Origin: a virus
Taxonomy: Duplodnaviria; Heunggongvirae; Uroviricota; Caudoviricetes
Direction: 5' to 3' (one strand)
DNA length: 39,173 nucleotides
Virus record (IMG/VR): IMGVR_UViG_2563366802_000014
The stretch's first letter is position 1; every line of letters starts with the position of its first letter. Shown here one piece after another: positions 7,936 through 18,715 of this stretch. The position numbers were made by a program, and so were the translations under genes. Under the pieces are notes generated by a model that saw nothing but the letters and a program-made list of their open reading frames with translations, was not told the DNA's origin and made no database searches.

Positions 7936-7947
7936 GTGACATGTCAC
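7936..7947. repeat. 12-bp perfect palindrome GTGACATGTCAC (copy 1 of 3)
   Basis: Overlaps the TGA stop codon of the 98-aa membrane protein gene and abuts the terminator. Confidence 0.8.
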
Positions 7948-8240
7948 GTTCCTTTTCTGAATGATAGCCATTCGAAAAATGATGACATTCCACCGCAGAC
8001 AATAGCAAAGATGATCCCACCAAAGAAGAGAAGGCCAGCCTGCCACCACTCCCACCGCCATACATCCACAGCGCCAACCATACCAACAATCGCTCCAACA
8101 AATGGAATATAGCTCACGATGAAAGCAATGGGGGCTGCAATTATCCAGTGCAATCCCCACCATGATTCAAGCCCAGCCATAATTGCTGCCAACTGAAAAA
8201 GACCAACGACGATATAAACAATGAATCCTATAGCTTGCAT
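7944..8240 (-). CDS. Small integral membrane protein (98 aa)
   Basis: ORF from track; 3-4 hydrophobic helices rich in G/A/I/W; RBS AGGTGA upstream; follows the internal virion protein genes. Confidence 0.6.
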   Translation of the reverse strand: MQAIGFIVYIVVGLFQLAAIMAGLESWWGLHWIIAAPIAFIVSYIPFVGAIVGMVGAVDVWRWEWWQAGLLFFGGIIFAIVCGGMSSFFEWLSFRKGT

Positions 8241-8252
8241 GTAGTCACCTAT

Positions 8253-8426
8253 TTACCCAGTAAAAATCAGAGGCCTCCCCTCAATAAGGCTTGCAACAAG
8301 AACTACTCCCTGCACAACAAAGATGAACCAGCAAATAGCTTGAGTCTGAGGGTTAAGAAAATATTTGTAGCGGTCAATAAATAACAGCCCACCAGAAATT
8401 ATCACACTCAAAATAATTAAAAACAC
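8253..8426 (-). CDS. Very small hydrophobic protein (57 aa, GTG start), tentative
   Basis: Hand-translated minus-strand ORF below the 60-aa track cutoff; RBS AAGGAAG 4 nt upstream of GTG; stop 12 nt before the next start. Confidence 0.35.
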   Translation of the reverse strand: MFLIILSVIISGGLLFIDRYKYFLNPQTQAICWFIFVVQGVVLVASLIEGRPLIFTG

Positions 8427-8435
8427 AACACTTCC

Positions 8436-10910
8436 TTATTGCGGAGTGACATCCTGAGGTCGCCACCAGTATGTCTGGTTAAACTCTTTCTTCGAACGTT
8501 GCTCCATTTTACGCAAATAGCCTGGTGAAAAATACTCCTGCATCTGGTTAAAGATCATGTGATCAAGAGCTGCCTTCAAGTACCAGAGATTCGCACCTGG
8601 CATCAGCCCTTTCCCAAGTTTCACCAGATCACCACCAGTCTGCTCGTTCTTCCCTTCCACAGCATTTAATGGTATGCCCTGAGCTATCTTCACTACGTCA
8701 TCAATCAGGCCAGCTACCGGGCCAAGCATCGACGCCAGCGCGCCGCTTCCGTACCTAGTGTGATCTGACAATAAAAAGTCACCGTAAAGGCCAAGACCAC
8801 CACCTTTCAGTAGAGCACCAAGCCAAAATTTAGCAGCATCTTCTCCTGTCATCTCGCGAGGATTACGACCAGACGCAAGGTCGTTAAGTTGCTGCGACAA
8901 AGCGCCAAGAATGGTCGTACTGGCAATAAACGTCGCAATATATGCCGCACGCCCACCAGCAGACGGCATACCCATAGCGCGTGACCAGTGACGCATAACC
9001 ACCGAGATAGGGAACGATTTAAACAGGAAAACACTTCTCGTTAATTCACCTTTCCATGTTCCACGCTGAATACCAGAACCGGTTATCAGTTGCTCACGTG
9101 CTCCCGGTGTAATAACAGCCATATCAACTTCTTCAGTTACGGCACCGAGCAGTTTACGCATTGCCTCAAATTTCACGCGTTCAGGCTCACCAAGATGTTT
9201 AACTGCTGAATCAGGGATACGCATAATGCTTTCCGGTGTCAGCATCGTATTATTACCGTTCCCCCAGTCCTCCTGTTGCGCCAGCTTCCATACGCTCCAG
9301 TCTGTGTCAGTAATCCCTTTGCTTTTCAGGATACGAAAATCAGAGTCATCGAGGCTACGAAGGTCTGGTGTCCGTGACACTACTTCTCCCAGGCTTCCCA
9401 TCATGGTTACGCCATAGGCGCGCTTGTGCGCATCTGACCATGCTGTAAGCCCACTGGCACGCATTACCGCCGTTGCTGCCCAACGAGACACTGACGGCCC
9501 CATATTATCCATCGCCCAGCGGTTAACGCTGCCAAGTAGAGATTCCATTGCCAGACCAGCGCGGCGCGCCCGCGCAAGTTCTGTACGGTTCGTTGGGTCC
9601 ATAGCTTCAAGCTGGTTGCGGAATAACTGGTTCATTGGAAGGTTGGTCACCTTCGCAGACAGATACATGGTTCCAAGATCAGAGAACGATGATAGCAACG
9701 CGGATCCGAGTCTGCTGGCAACCAGCCAGTTGCGGATATTGTCAGACCATCGCGCGATGTGCGGATTCGCTACAGGCTGTGTCTTTCCGGAAATAAAGTT
9801 GTACAGATTCTCTGTGTTGTTCGCCAGCCGCTCGACTTTACCGGTTTTACTCGGGTTAGCTGTTGCCGTTTCTGCCTTAACCTGATCAAGAAGGGAGCGG
9901 AAAACATGATCGGGGTTTGGACCATATGTTTCCACCAGAGCAATATCTTTACTGATACCTTCCAGGTGACCGACCATGATTTCCCATAGAGAGCGATCGC
10001 CATAAAGTTGTTGATATTGGAGATAGGAATCAGCATCTTTGAAATGTATCTGTCGTGATGCATTACCACGGTTAGCACGTGCGCCGGAAATTCGCATTCC
10101 GGTATCAGTAAGCTTATTCAGCCCACCAGTAGCGATCGTGTTATAAGCCTCTCCAAGAAATGCAGACAACTCGGCACCGTTCATCAGTTGTCCATCGGCT
10201 CGGGTATAATATTTGCGATCCAGCTTACCTATAACATCGTTAACCCACTTATCCTTTGATACCGCCCCAACCTTTTCCATAGAATGATGTTGAGGGATCC
10301 CCCAGTTTTCGAGATAGCCAATGTCCCCACCAGCATCATTAAACCGGCGGCGCAGCAGCTCTGTAACTTCTCTCCACGCCTTAGCACCTTTTCTTGCTTT
10401 AGCATTGCCAGTATTTTGCCCCCGCATTTCATATACCAGGTCACGTACGCCCGCTTCATCTTCAAACAGACCAAAAAAGCGAGGATCAACTGCTTCGAAT
10501 GCCTCCTGCAATTGACTCAATGCATAATCACGGGTGGCTTTTGTTCTGGATTCAACAGAGAGGAAATTAGATTTACCGTCTGCATTAAAAGCTATAGTAC
10601 GGTTAAGAGCGCCAAGTTTCCCATCAGCCCCTTGATAGCTATTGATAAATTTATCCAATCTCTGACGCGCGGCTATAGTGAGAGCCACACGACGTTTCTT
10701 TAATGCCGCTTCTCGCTGTAATTCTTCAGATGCCAATTGTGCTGCTCGATATAGCCGCTCTGATTCGGAAAGTTGTCGCCACGACATCGGGTCATCACGA
10801 GCAATGGAGCGCATATTTCGATAAATGCGGTCTTCAATGTTCTGTATTTCTCGCGCCGTTAACATGCGCTGCGCCGCCTGCTGAACCGCCTGTATACATT
10901 CCTGTCTCAT
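8436..10910 (-). CDS. Large internal virion / ejection protein (824 aa)
   Basis: Large ORF in the run of virion genes between the tail-tube-like genes and the tailspike; role inferred from size and position only. Confidence 0.55.
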   Translation of the reverse strand: MRQECIQAVQQAAQRMLTAREIQNIEDRIYRNMRSIARDDPMSWRQLSESERLYRAAQLASEELQREAALKKRRVALTIAARQRLDKFINSYQGADGKLGALNRTIAFNADGKSNFLSVESRTKATRDYALSQLQEAFEAVDPRFFGLFEDEAGVRDLVYEMRGQNTGNAKARKGAKAWREVTELLRRRFNDAGGDIGYLENWGIPQHHSMEKVGAVSKDKWVNDVIGKLDRKYYTRADGQLMNGAELSAFLGEAYNTIATGGLNKLTDTGMRISGARANRGNASRQIHFKDADSYLQYQQLYGDRSLWEIMVGHLEGISKDIALVETYGPNPDHVFRSLLDQVKAETATANPSKTGKVERLANNTENLYNFISGKTQPVANPHIARWSDNIRNWLVASRLGSALLSSFSDLGTMYLSAKVTNLPMNQLFRNQLEAMDPTNRTELARARRAGLAMESLLGSVNRWAMDNMGPSVSRWAATAVMRASGLTAWSDAHKRAYGVTMMGSLGEVVSRTPDLRSLDDSDFRILKSKGITDTDWSVWKLAQQEDWGNGNNTMLTPESIMRIPDSAVKHLGEPERVKFEAMRKLLGAVTEEVDMAVITPGAREQLITGSGIQRGTWKGELTRSVFLFKSFPISVVMRHWSRAMGMPSAGGRAAYIATFIASTTILGALSQQLNDLASGRNPREMTGEDAAKFWLGALLKGGGLGLYGDFLLSDHTRYGSGALASMLGPVAGLIDDVVKIAQGIPLNAVEGKNEQTGGDLVKLGKGLMPGANLWYLKAALDHMIFNQMQEYFSPGYLRKMEQRSKKEFNQTYWWRPQDVTPQ

Positions 10911-10915
10911 TTAAT

Positions 10916-12718
10916 TTAACCTCTCAAGAAACACGCCACAGCGACATCAAACAGGCTGGAATCCTGTATTGCCTGCTCACTTTCCCTGTTCGCTTCATCC
11001 AGTACTTCACGCGCACTGCGCGATTGTGGATTACCATCATCATCCAGCACGGTGATTATCATGTCAGGTGATTCAAGCAGCGAGTCTTCAGCTATACGCA
11101 GATCAATATCTCCTGCCGGATCTGCCATCATTTTTTGTTCTGTCTGTTGCAATATCTTACCGGGCTCAAAAGGAGCTACTTCGTCTGGCGTCCTGACCTC
11201 TGCTGTTTTATAGAATGAAACAGCCTGAGCATTAAGTTCACTTTCTGCCTGCTGTCGTCGTGCCAGTTCTGCTCGAGCTTCAAAAAACTGACCGCCAGGC
11301 TCATGCGGTGCCAACGCGTTACGGGAAAATTCCAGGCGCTCTTGTGCCTGCCGGATTCGTTGGTCAATATCGCGAAGTCTGACCTGTTTATCTGATCGAG
11401 CACGAGACAAAGCTTTACCGCTACCGGTTGGCTCTTCTGCAAGAATTTGTGCGCGCTGTTCAGTGAGATTTTCAATAATTCGTTGGCTATTAGCGATTTC
11501 AGACTGGTAAACCTGTCTATCGCCACGCGGCAAAAGCTGCGCGGCCTGTTCTTCAAGCAACCGATTTTCTATAGCGCGCGCCGTTACTCCATCATCTACA
11601 GATGACAGAGCCTCATTAACTGCCTGAGACAGCAGACTCTTGCGCCCAGGAATTTCACTGAAAGATGCAGACTCAACAATGCTGGCAACGTCTACAGGTC
11701 TCCCCTGGCTAACATCAGACATAGCTTTTCGCAGAGCCTGAATGTGAGAATTGCGCGAAAGCACGTTGATCGGCACGCCGGGCGCAATATCAATTTCAGC
11801 ATGATGAGCGGCATTCGCCGCCAGTGCAGCATCAACATCAACTGGTGAAAAATTTGGTGCGCTTGTAGACTCGCCGCGAGAGTTCATAAATCTGCCGACA
11901 CCACCAAACGCCACCCCAAGAACAGCATCAATAGCAATTGCCTGTCGATCCAACACATCATACTGGTTAGCCATTTCGCTATAGCCACCATCACGAAGCG
12001 TTTTTGCAGTAAGCCCACGCTGTGCCATACCGAACGCAATATTTGTACCTGCGGCATAGGCAATATCTGGCGTTGCACGCACTGCTGTTGCTGCGGCGCG
12101 TCGCACTGAACTTTCACCCGTCCGCGCAAGCTGGGCCGCCACACCTTCCGCCAGCGCACCACCAGCACGTAACCCGAGGCTCATAGGGATCAGTGTTCCG
12201 GCACCAGCAGTAATACCCTGCACTAATCCCGCTTCCTGCGCCGTCCTGAAATCAACACCCTGTGCTGTCAGCCGTTCAAACTCAGAAAAACCCTGTAGAG
12301 AAGTTACCGCCGCAGCACCTCCGACCGGACCACCGAGCGTTGTACCGACAACAGCCTGCCCTCCCATATCGAACAACCCATAAAGGACCTGCCCGGCGGT
12401 TCCGGTTGTCGCGGCATCAGGCGTCAGCCGCTTAACCTGCTGCTCTGCTAGTTTTCTCTGCTCAGCAATGTATGAAACTGAAGTGTCATTAAGCGAGGTG
12501 TTTTCGTTAACAAACTGAGCAATCGGGGATACGATTTTATCCATCCCTGCCCATAGCAACTGATCTGGCTTTGCCACCAGCCCGGAGTACAAACCAGACA
12601 ATGCCGCTCCTACAGCATTGTCGAAAAAACCAACATTGCTGTTAAAGCCAGCTGGATTTGATGCTGCTTCGTCAAGCTGCTGATTCTGGCTTACTGGATT
12701 AAGGCCAAAGTAACTCAT
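10916..12718 (-). CDS. Internal virion / ejection protein (600 aa)
   Basis: Gly/Ala-rich large ORF translationally coupled to its neighbours; role inferred from position. Confidence 0.5.
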   Translation of the reverse strand: MSYFGLNPVSQNQQLDEAASNPAGFNSNVGFFDNAVGAALSGLYSGLVAKPDQLLWAGMDKIVSPIAQFVNENTSLNDTSVSYIAEQRKLAEQQVKRLTPDAATTGTAGQVLYGLFDMGGQAVVGTTLGGPVGGAAAVTSLQGFSEFERLTAQGVDFRTAQEAGLVQGITAGAGTLIPMSLGLRAGGALAEGVAAQLARTGESSVRRAAATAVRATPDIAYAAGTNIAFGMAQRGLTAKTLRDGGYSEMANQYDVLDRQAIAIDAVLGVAFGGVGRFMNSRGESTSAPNFSPVDVDAALAANAAHHAEIDIAPGVPINVLSRNSHIQALRKAMSDVSQGRPVDVASIVESASFSEIPGRKSLLSQAVNEALSSVDDGVTARAIENRLLEEQAAQLLPRGDRQVYQSEIANSQRIIENLTEQRAQILAEEPTGSGKALSRARSDKQVRLRDIDQRIRQAQERLEFSRNALAPHEPGGQFFEARAELARRQQAESELNAQAVSFYKTAEVRTPDEVAPFEPGKILQQTEQKMMADPAGDIDLRIAEDSLLESPDMIITVLDDDGNPQSRSAREVLDEANRESEQAIQDSSLFDVAVACFLRG

Positions 12719-15228
12719 TGCGGAATATCTCCGGAGAATCTCTGACGTTTCTGTGTCAGATTAAGAACAACGGGAGAACCATCATCTTTCAGCAGATAAC
12801 CAGTACCAAGTTTCACCAGGTACTGACTATCGCCGTAACTTTGCAAACCATACTGACCAGGCGGTGTTTTTATCCCGGAGCCGACAACTTGTTCATTCCA
12901 AGCCTGATTAACCTGCTTATCGAATTGCTCTGCAGACATTCCCCACGGCAAAAGGACATTCCCCATTCCGTTATAGTCATGCACGCCACCTGTAGCTACG
13001 TTAACAGCCTGTTTCCAGACATCATTGTCAATTTCGCCTGATACCACGCCTTTTTTCGCCATCACACCAGCGTAATAGTCCTTTGCGATCTCGTATGCCA
13101 TTGATGCCCCCTGAGCATCACCAGCAAATGCATCCTTCACCATGTCAGAAAACTCAAGGCGAAGATCAGCATCTTTAGGCATCGGAATACCTTTCGCATC
13201 ATCAGTACCTTTACGAGCCGCCGCGCCAGCAAGAATTGTCTGCGCAGCGGTTTCAGGAGACACGGAAACATCCGGATTAAACCAGTTTTTTTCTGCCAAA
13301 ATACCACCAGGCTTGTCCATCAGTATCCCGGCAACGGCAGCAGATGGAGCGTTGGCACTGATCTGCTGTAGTGCTGACATATACACCTGCCCACCACCAG
13401 TGCTCTGCCTGATGGTATCGAGATATGCTGCCTGTTGGGAAACTGGAGCATCACGAAAGAAAACACCGATCTGATTGGCCTCGTCTTTGGAAAAGAACGT
13501 CAGTGGAGTGCCATATGACTTAGCAAGGTCACTGACCTGAGCAGCACGCAAGGCAACGCTCTGTCCAAAGTTATCCTTATTGCTCATGTCGATAGGCTTT
13601 GCCTGTCCGGCGGCAAGAGAGAACTGTACAGGATCAGCCTGTCTCTGCTTTATCACCTGACTTGCAGCCGACACAACGTTGTCATAAAGAGCGGCTCGTG
13701 CCGCATAACCCTCCCCTGTCTCACCAGTATCCGGGCGTAATTGCTCAACATATGCTGTAATGCTGCTTGTCGGCATGTTGCGGAAAGAGCCTATATACTG
13801 TCCGGCGATTTGCGTATTTCTGAACTCGGTATATCGCAGGTTTCCTTCTCTGACTCCATAAGCTGCAATAAAATCAGCCTCACCAGGTGGGTTAGGAAAT
13901 TCAACGCCACGCATATACGCAGCTGTCGCATCGCGAACTTGGCTGTCAATCATCGTTTTATATTCAGCCTGCTGCTGCCGACGCAGTTGATCCGCCTGTC
14001 GCATAAAACTTGCCTGCGCCTCAGGAGATGCCGCATCGAATGCTGCATTACCGGTATAGCGTTTGGTGTTGGTTGGAATTGTTGATAAACCAAGTGCTGC
14101 ACTGACACCAGCAGTTAACTGCTGATCACTGTATGGCTGGCTACCGTTCTCATGATGGATAATGGCTGCACAAAGCGCCTTCAGGGTATCAGGATTAGAT
14201 GCATCGAGAGGCTCATCAGCAGAAACGCCAAGTTGTTCGCACACTGCTTTGATATACGACATAGTGTCATTTTTATCAGTAGGCGGTGCCCAGCGATTAA
14301 TTATCTCGCTGACGGTATCAATACCCTGTCTCTGATACGACATCAGGTTCCGCCCTAATGCACGAATCCCGTGTTCAGGTGTTTCGAATTTAGCAAATCG
14401 ACCATCATCACCGGTCTGGCCTACCCACGGATTGGTTTTGCTGTATTCGAGATTTCCTGGGTTATTGTTGCGTATGCCACGGGCACGCTCGGAAGAATCA
14501 CTATCTGCTACAGCACGGCGAGCTCCAGCAGCAGTATCACTTAACTCGCCATTACTTTGGATGAATGCGGTCGCATTGTTTGCCGACCACTGGGACAATG
14601 CTGCATCAGCAACCTTCTCTTTAAACTCGATTTTCTTGGCCTGGATTTGCTCGTCGCTCCAGCCATGCGCAATGCCGTAATCCTCAATTTGCTGGAAAGT
14701 TTGCTTATTAGCCAATACGTATGCGGCGTTGTCGCCATACAATGCTGCGGCATTTTTACCATTGTTCAGCAGCGTAGCCTGAAACTGGCCTTCTTCGTAG
14801 GCATTTATTTGCCCTATCTCGTGCCGCCCGGCCTGCGTAGTGAACTGAATGCGCTGCTGCTGCGCCTGCTGCATGAAAGCATTACGAGCCTGTTCATCCG
14901 GCAGCGACATAGCCAGTTGCTCGACCTTGGCATCAAACTGCTGCGTATACTCCTGACCTTTTCCAATAGCATTTTTCCCTTTCAGGTTAAGCAAACCTGT
15001 TTCAGGGTTATTCAGCAGATCGCTGCTTATCTGGCTTAAGCTAAGAGAAGCATCCTGAGCCATAGCAACATTCGCACGCTGTTTTGCCTGCGCAATAATA
15101 CCTGCATATTGCTCTGCAACATCGCCAAGTACATCACCGACATTTGGTGTCTGAAACGATGAGAATCCCTGCGTCGAAATCCCTCTGCTCTGAACCTGAC
15201 GGCCCGATGTTGTTGGTACAACTGGCAT
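12715..15228 (-). CDS. Large internal virion / ejection protein (837 aa)
   Basis: Large ORF in the virion gene run; contains the segment GIRNNNPGNLEYSKTNPWVGQ of unknown significance. Confidence 0.5.
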   Translation of the reverse strand: MPVVPTTSGRQVQSRGISTQGFSSFQTPNVGDVLGDVAEQYAGIIAQAKQRANVAMAQDASLSLSQISSDLLNNPETGLLNLKGKNAIGKGQEYTQQFDAKVEQLAMSLPDEQARNAFMQQAQQQRIQFTTQAGRHEIGQINAYEEGQFQATLLNNGKNAAALYGDNAAYVLANKQTFQQIEDYGIAHGWSDEQIQAKKIEFKEKVADAALSQWSANNATAFIQSNGELSDTAAGARRAVADSDSSERARGIRNNNPGNLEYSKTNPWVGQTGDDGRFAKFETPEHGIRALGRNLMSYQRQGIDTVSEIINRWAPPTDKNDTMSYIKAVCEQLGVSADEPLDASNPDTLKALCAAIIHHENGSQPYSDQQLTAGVSAALGLSTIPTNTKRYTGNAAFDAASPEAQASFMRQADQLRRQQQAEYKTMIDSQVRDATAAYMRGVEFPNPPGEADFIAAYGVREGNLRYTEFRNTQIAGQYIGSFRNMPTSSITAYVEQLRPDTGETGEGYAARAALYDNVVSAASQVIKQRQADPVQFSLAAGQAKPIDMSNKDNFGQSVALRAAQVSDLAKSYGTPLTFFSKDEANQIGVFFRDAPVSQQAAYLDTIRQSTGGGQVYMSALQQISANAPSAAVAGILMDKPGGILAEKNWFNPDVSVSPETAAQTILAGAAARKGTDDAKGIPMPKDADLRLEFSDMVKDAFAGDAQGASMAYEIAKDYYAGVMAKKGVVSGEIDNDVWKQAVNVATGGVHDYNGMGNVLLPWGMSAEQFDKQVNQAWNEQVVGSGIKTPPGQYGLQSYGDSQYLVKLGTGYLLKDDGSPVVLNLTQKRQRFSGDIPQ

Positions 15229-15240
15229 CTTATTATCCCC

Positions 15241-15780
15241 TTATCGACCGGTTGGAGTGCCAACAGCAGCAGAAATCGGCGCAGCCTTCTGAGAGAATGG
15301 GCTCCACGTTCCTCCGCCCATCTGGTATGCACCGTATGCTTTTAGTGGTGCCGTTAACAAAGTGCTGGTCATCGATGATTTAGCAGCCGACTGAGCAGCA
15401 GCCCCCTGTGCCTGAGCATTCATTCCCTGAACCTGATACCCATATGCCTCACGCTGAGCATTATTCACTGTCGTTAACGCATCAAGAGTGCCGAACTGAG
15501 CATTATCCGCAAAAACGTCAAGAGCTGTTCCGCTACTTAATTCCGCACCGGTAGCCCCCATAGTGGCCGCCGCAGTGCCTGAGCGTTGACGCATTTCACG
15601 ACGACGCTGATCCGCTTCAATATTCCCACGATTGATTGAATCCTGTGCCTGAGCTTCAGCAATTTCAGCATTCCGATCAGCTATGGCTGACTGGTATTTT
15701 GCCTGCTTGCTCTGGCTGTACATTGACGCGGCTGTGGATGCCACTGTGACGGCAACCAAAGCGATGGCTGGGTTACACAT
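15241..15780 (-). CDS. Internal virion protein, membrane-associated (179 aa)
   Basis: N-terminal hydrophobic segment then Ala/Gln/Gly-rich body; position comparable to small internal core proteins of podoviruses. Confidence 0.45.
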   Translation of the reverse strand: MCNPAIALVAVTVASTAASMYSQSKQAKYQSAIADRNAEIAEAQAQDSINRGNIEADQRRREMRQRSGTAAATMGATGAELSSGTALDVFADNAQFGTLDALTTVNNAQREAYGYQVQGMNAQAQGAAAQSAAKSSMTSTLLTAPLKAYGAYQMGGGTWSPFSQKAAPISAAVGTPTGR

Positions 15781-16244
15781 TATTTTCTCTCCATGTGAAA
15801 TCTGTGGAAATAAAGACCAAGAGCTCCATAAGGCGCGGCTTCTTCAAGCCTGAATCCAAGCCAGTGCAGCCATGCTTTGGCAACATGGTTTCGCTCGTCG
15901 ACGTAGTTTTCCAGGCGCGGATAAACTGCCAGCATCTGCTGCAATACAGGGCGGCAGTGGCGCAGAAATGTCTTCTGATATTTTTCAATACGGCTGGTTC
16001 CTACCAGCCAGGGCGTACCATTGCCACCGATCATTGACGCCGGAGATACACCAAACATGGTTACCAGTTCTCCGTTCGCGAACCCTGACCAGGCCATAGT
16101 CGCAGTGCGAAGACCAACAAGCAGCGCATCTTCGGTAGTCATCAGCGATACCGCATACAGTTCGTCAATATCAGCCTGACGAACATCCGGCAAAATCATC
16201 TGAAGATGCTCTTCGGTGGCGGGAATAATTCGAACATCGATCAT
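15780..16244 (-). CDS. Virion-associated protein (154 aa)
   Basis: ORF coupled between the tail-tube-B-like and internal protein genes; role from position only. Confidence 0.4.
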   Translation of the reverse strand: MIDVRIIPATEEHLQMILPDVRQADIDELYAVSLMTTEDALLVGLRTATMAWSGFANGELVTMFGVSPASMIGGNGTPWLVGTSRIEKYQKTFLRHCRPVLQQMLAVYPRLENYVDERNHVAKAWLHWLGFRLEEAAPYGALGLYFHRFHMERK

Positions 16245-18715
16245 CAGAACCCCCCAACAGTAAGGCGAGGAATAACGGCAAGAACAGACAGCGGCAACGG
16301 GTCAAGCTGACGGATTCTTACACGTCCGTTTTTGCCCCAGTTACTGTCCAGTTTCACTTCTACTTTTCCGGTAGCGTCATCAACAGGATCATCGTAGAAC
16401 TCGAATTCACGCTGTGGATATTCGTACCATTTACCGCCGGGCGTAGTCGCCCAGATGCCGCGACTGGCATTCACAACCAGAGTAACTGACGGGATCGCCT
16501 GTTTTTTGTCCAGCAGCGTTTCCTGTCCGTTAATGTTGATATCCAGTGTTTCGAATTCAGCAGTTATTGGCAGGCCGATGTGCACAACAGCCCCCGGTGA
16601 TTCCAGCGTGACGGCACCTCCGGAAACCACTTTTTGTGGTTCCACGTTCGCATCAGAGAGGATGTTTACGGTCTGGCCTTCAAGATGAGACAAGCCGCCA
16701 AATGTCCGGCGCGCCATCTGCCAGTTCGTGGTGGCCGCATTCCTGAGGGATGGCGGGACGTTCCTGTTGGCACGAACAACTACAGCGGTATTGCTTGTTA
16801 CAGAAATAATGTCGCAACGTAATTCTTTTGACACTTCATCGCCAGTACCAGGATCAGTTACGGTATAAGGGAACTGTAGTTGCGCACCGACATCACTACT
16901 GGTGAAGTACGCACCACCAGAAACACTGATTGTATATTCCGCGCTGTAATCCCATTCACCAGAACCACCAGTGATGGTCATCGTTCTGTCAGACGTATTT
17001 CTTCCATCATAGCTAAGGCCAGAATCAACAAAGAAAGCATCTTCATCGCTGGTAAATAAACGGCTGGACAGTCTCTCGATGTATCTCACTGTTTGCCCGT
17101 TAACGATTCGGTTAACGACGAAATACACCGCATCTTCATTTCCTTCGCTGATACTGCATGTGCTTTCATATTTTCCGGTACTGGACTGTGGTGCCCATGC
17201 AAAAACCTGTTGATCACGCAAATAGGTCATCACCAGTAATTTACCGTCATCACGAATGCAGAAGGCGCTGGAGTAAGGGACAATAGAGAAGCACCAGTCA
17301 ACAATGCTGTGCTTCTGAAAAAGATGATTAGCAAGGATGGTCAGGTCGTTCCCCTGATAGCCGTCAACATCGAATGAGTAGGCCAGATCACGGACAACGC
17401 TGCCTTTCTCCTGGACGAACAGAGCAATATTCGCCACAGCAATTGGTGGGACGTTGCTTGAGCCATTTGATCCCTGAGAGCTGAATGCAAATGATGATGG
17501 GGTTAACACTTTGTTCTGGTCGCCGGTGATGACGTACTCACCTCCGGAAGTCAGTGCCACCAGCGAACCGACATCAATCAGGTGGCGGATCTCATTAACC
17601 TGACGCCCGGCATAGGTGTAGATAATTCTGTCGTCATCCTGCGTAGGATTGCTTTTGCCAAAATCCTTATAATCCCCGGTACGGCTGGCCCAGATAGTCT
17701 GAGGGAACGCAGTCGATGCGGCGAAGTAAAGACGTTGTTGATAATAAACAACAGTGCCAGGATAACCATTAACACTGTTCCAGGCATATTTAGCCCATTT
17801 ATAGCTGGCATTATCCTCGCCAACGACCTGCGAAGGGATATAGGAAATCACCTCGGCAGTTGCAGTAGTGCCATTTACAGCAGTTATACGGGCAATGCCA
17901 AAACCACTGTGCAGATACTCCCACTCAATGCCAGTATCATCATCACCGGAGCCGCCCCAGCCATCCCATGATGTGCCTTCTGTATGCGAAGGGCGCAAAG
18001 TGCCTGTTTTGCCTGCTGTAACGGCGCGATAGTAGTTACTGTCTGCACGGCGAATATCGCCAATCGACGTACTCTTACTGGTTTCCCATACCGGTACTGA
18101 ATCCACTGCTGGCTGTTCCAGATAGAACAATTTGCCTACCTGCTCCGCGCCAAAAATAGAGGCGCTTGCCGTTAACGTAATTGTCCCGGTGCTGGCGCTG
18201 GCATAAACCGTCACTGACTCGTCAATATTGATATCTTCAAATGGCCCGTTCTTCGTTACCACATCAACCAGTTGCCAGTTGTCATGCGCATAGCGGCGCA
18301 ACTCTTTCGGCGGGTATGCCGGATGAACCAGCGTAAGCACGTCTGCGCTTTGCGTGAATTTAATTCTGAACAGATCGGCTTCAGTATATGGCGTGGCAAT
18401 TTCATAAATAACATTGCTGCTGTTCAGCACCAACGCACCATCTTTGATAACGCGCATGTACTGGTGTCCGAACTCCAGAGCATAGGTCTGAACCGTCGAG
18501 AACTGGAACGGGATCAGGCGGCATTTCCGATTTGGGTATTTGGCGGCACCAACAAAACGCGTACCAGGTCGATTCTCAACGCCGCCATACTGCCGCACGA
18601 TAAAGTTATCGCACTTGCGCAATGCCACCTGGTACTTCGCCATGTCGATACGACCATACAACGATGGTCCAATCTCACCACCGGCAAAGCTGGGCTGGAT
18701 CCAACTGATAGCCAT
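16244..18715 (-). CDS. Tail tubular protein B-like (nozzle) protein (823 aa)
   Basis: Size and position after a roughly 200-aa adaptor-like gene, as in T7-type gp11/gp12 pairs; weak N-terminal resemblance; function inferred. Confidence 0.5.
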   Translation of the reverse strand: MAISWIQPSFAGGEIGPSLYGRIDMAKYQVALRKCDNFIVRQYGGVENRPGTRFVGAAKYPNRKCRLIPFQFSTVQTYALEFGHQYMRVIKDGALVLNSSNVIYEIATPYTEADLFRIKFTQSADVLTLVHPAYPPKELRRYAHDNWQLVDVVTKNGPFEDINIDESVTVYASASTGTITLTASASIFGAEQVGKLFYLEQPAVDSVPVWETSKSTSIGDIRRADSNYYRAVTAGKTGTLRPSHTEGTSWDGWGGSGDDDTGIEWEYLHSGFGIARITAVNGTTATAEVISYIPSQVVGEDNASYKWAKYAWNSVNGYPGTVVYYQQRLYFAASTAFPQTIWASRTGDYKDFGKSNPTQDDDRIIYTYAGRQVNEIRHLIDVGSLVALTSGGEYVITGDQNKVLTPSSFAFSSQGSNGSSNVPPIAVANIALFVQEKGSVVRDLAYSFDVDGYQGNDLTILANHLFQKHSIVDWCFSIVPYSSAFCIRDDGKLLVMTYLRDQQVFAWAPQSSTGKYESTCSISEGNEDAVYFVVNRIVNGQTVRYIERLSSRLFTSDEDAFFVDSGLSYDGRNTSDRTMTITGGSGEWDYSAEYTISVSGGAYFTSSDVGAQLQFPYTVTDPGTGDEVSKELRCDIISVTSNTAVVVRANRNVPPSLRNAATTNWQMARRTFGGLSHLEGQTVNILSDANVEPQKVVSGGAVTLESPGAVVHIGLPITAEFETLDININGQETLLDKKQAIPSVTLVVNASRGIWATTPGGKWYEYPQREFEFYDDPVDDATGKVEVKLDSNWGKNGRVRIRQLDPLPLSVLAVIPRLTVGGF

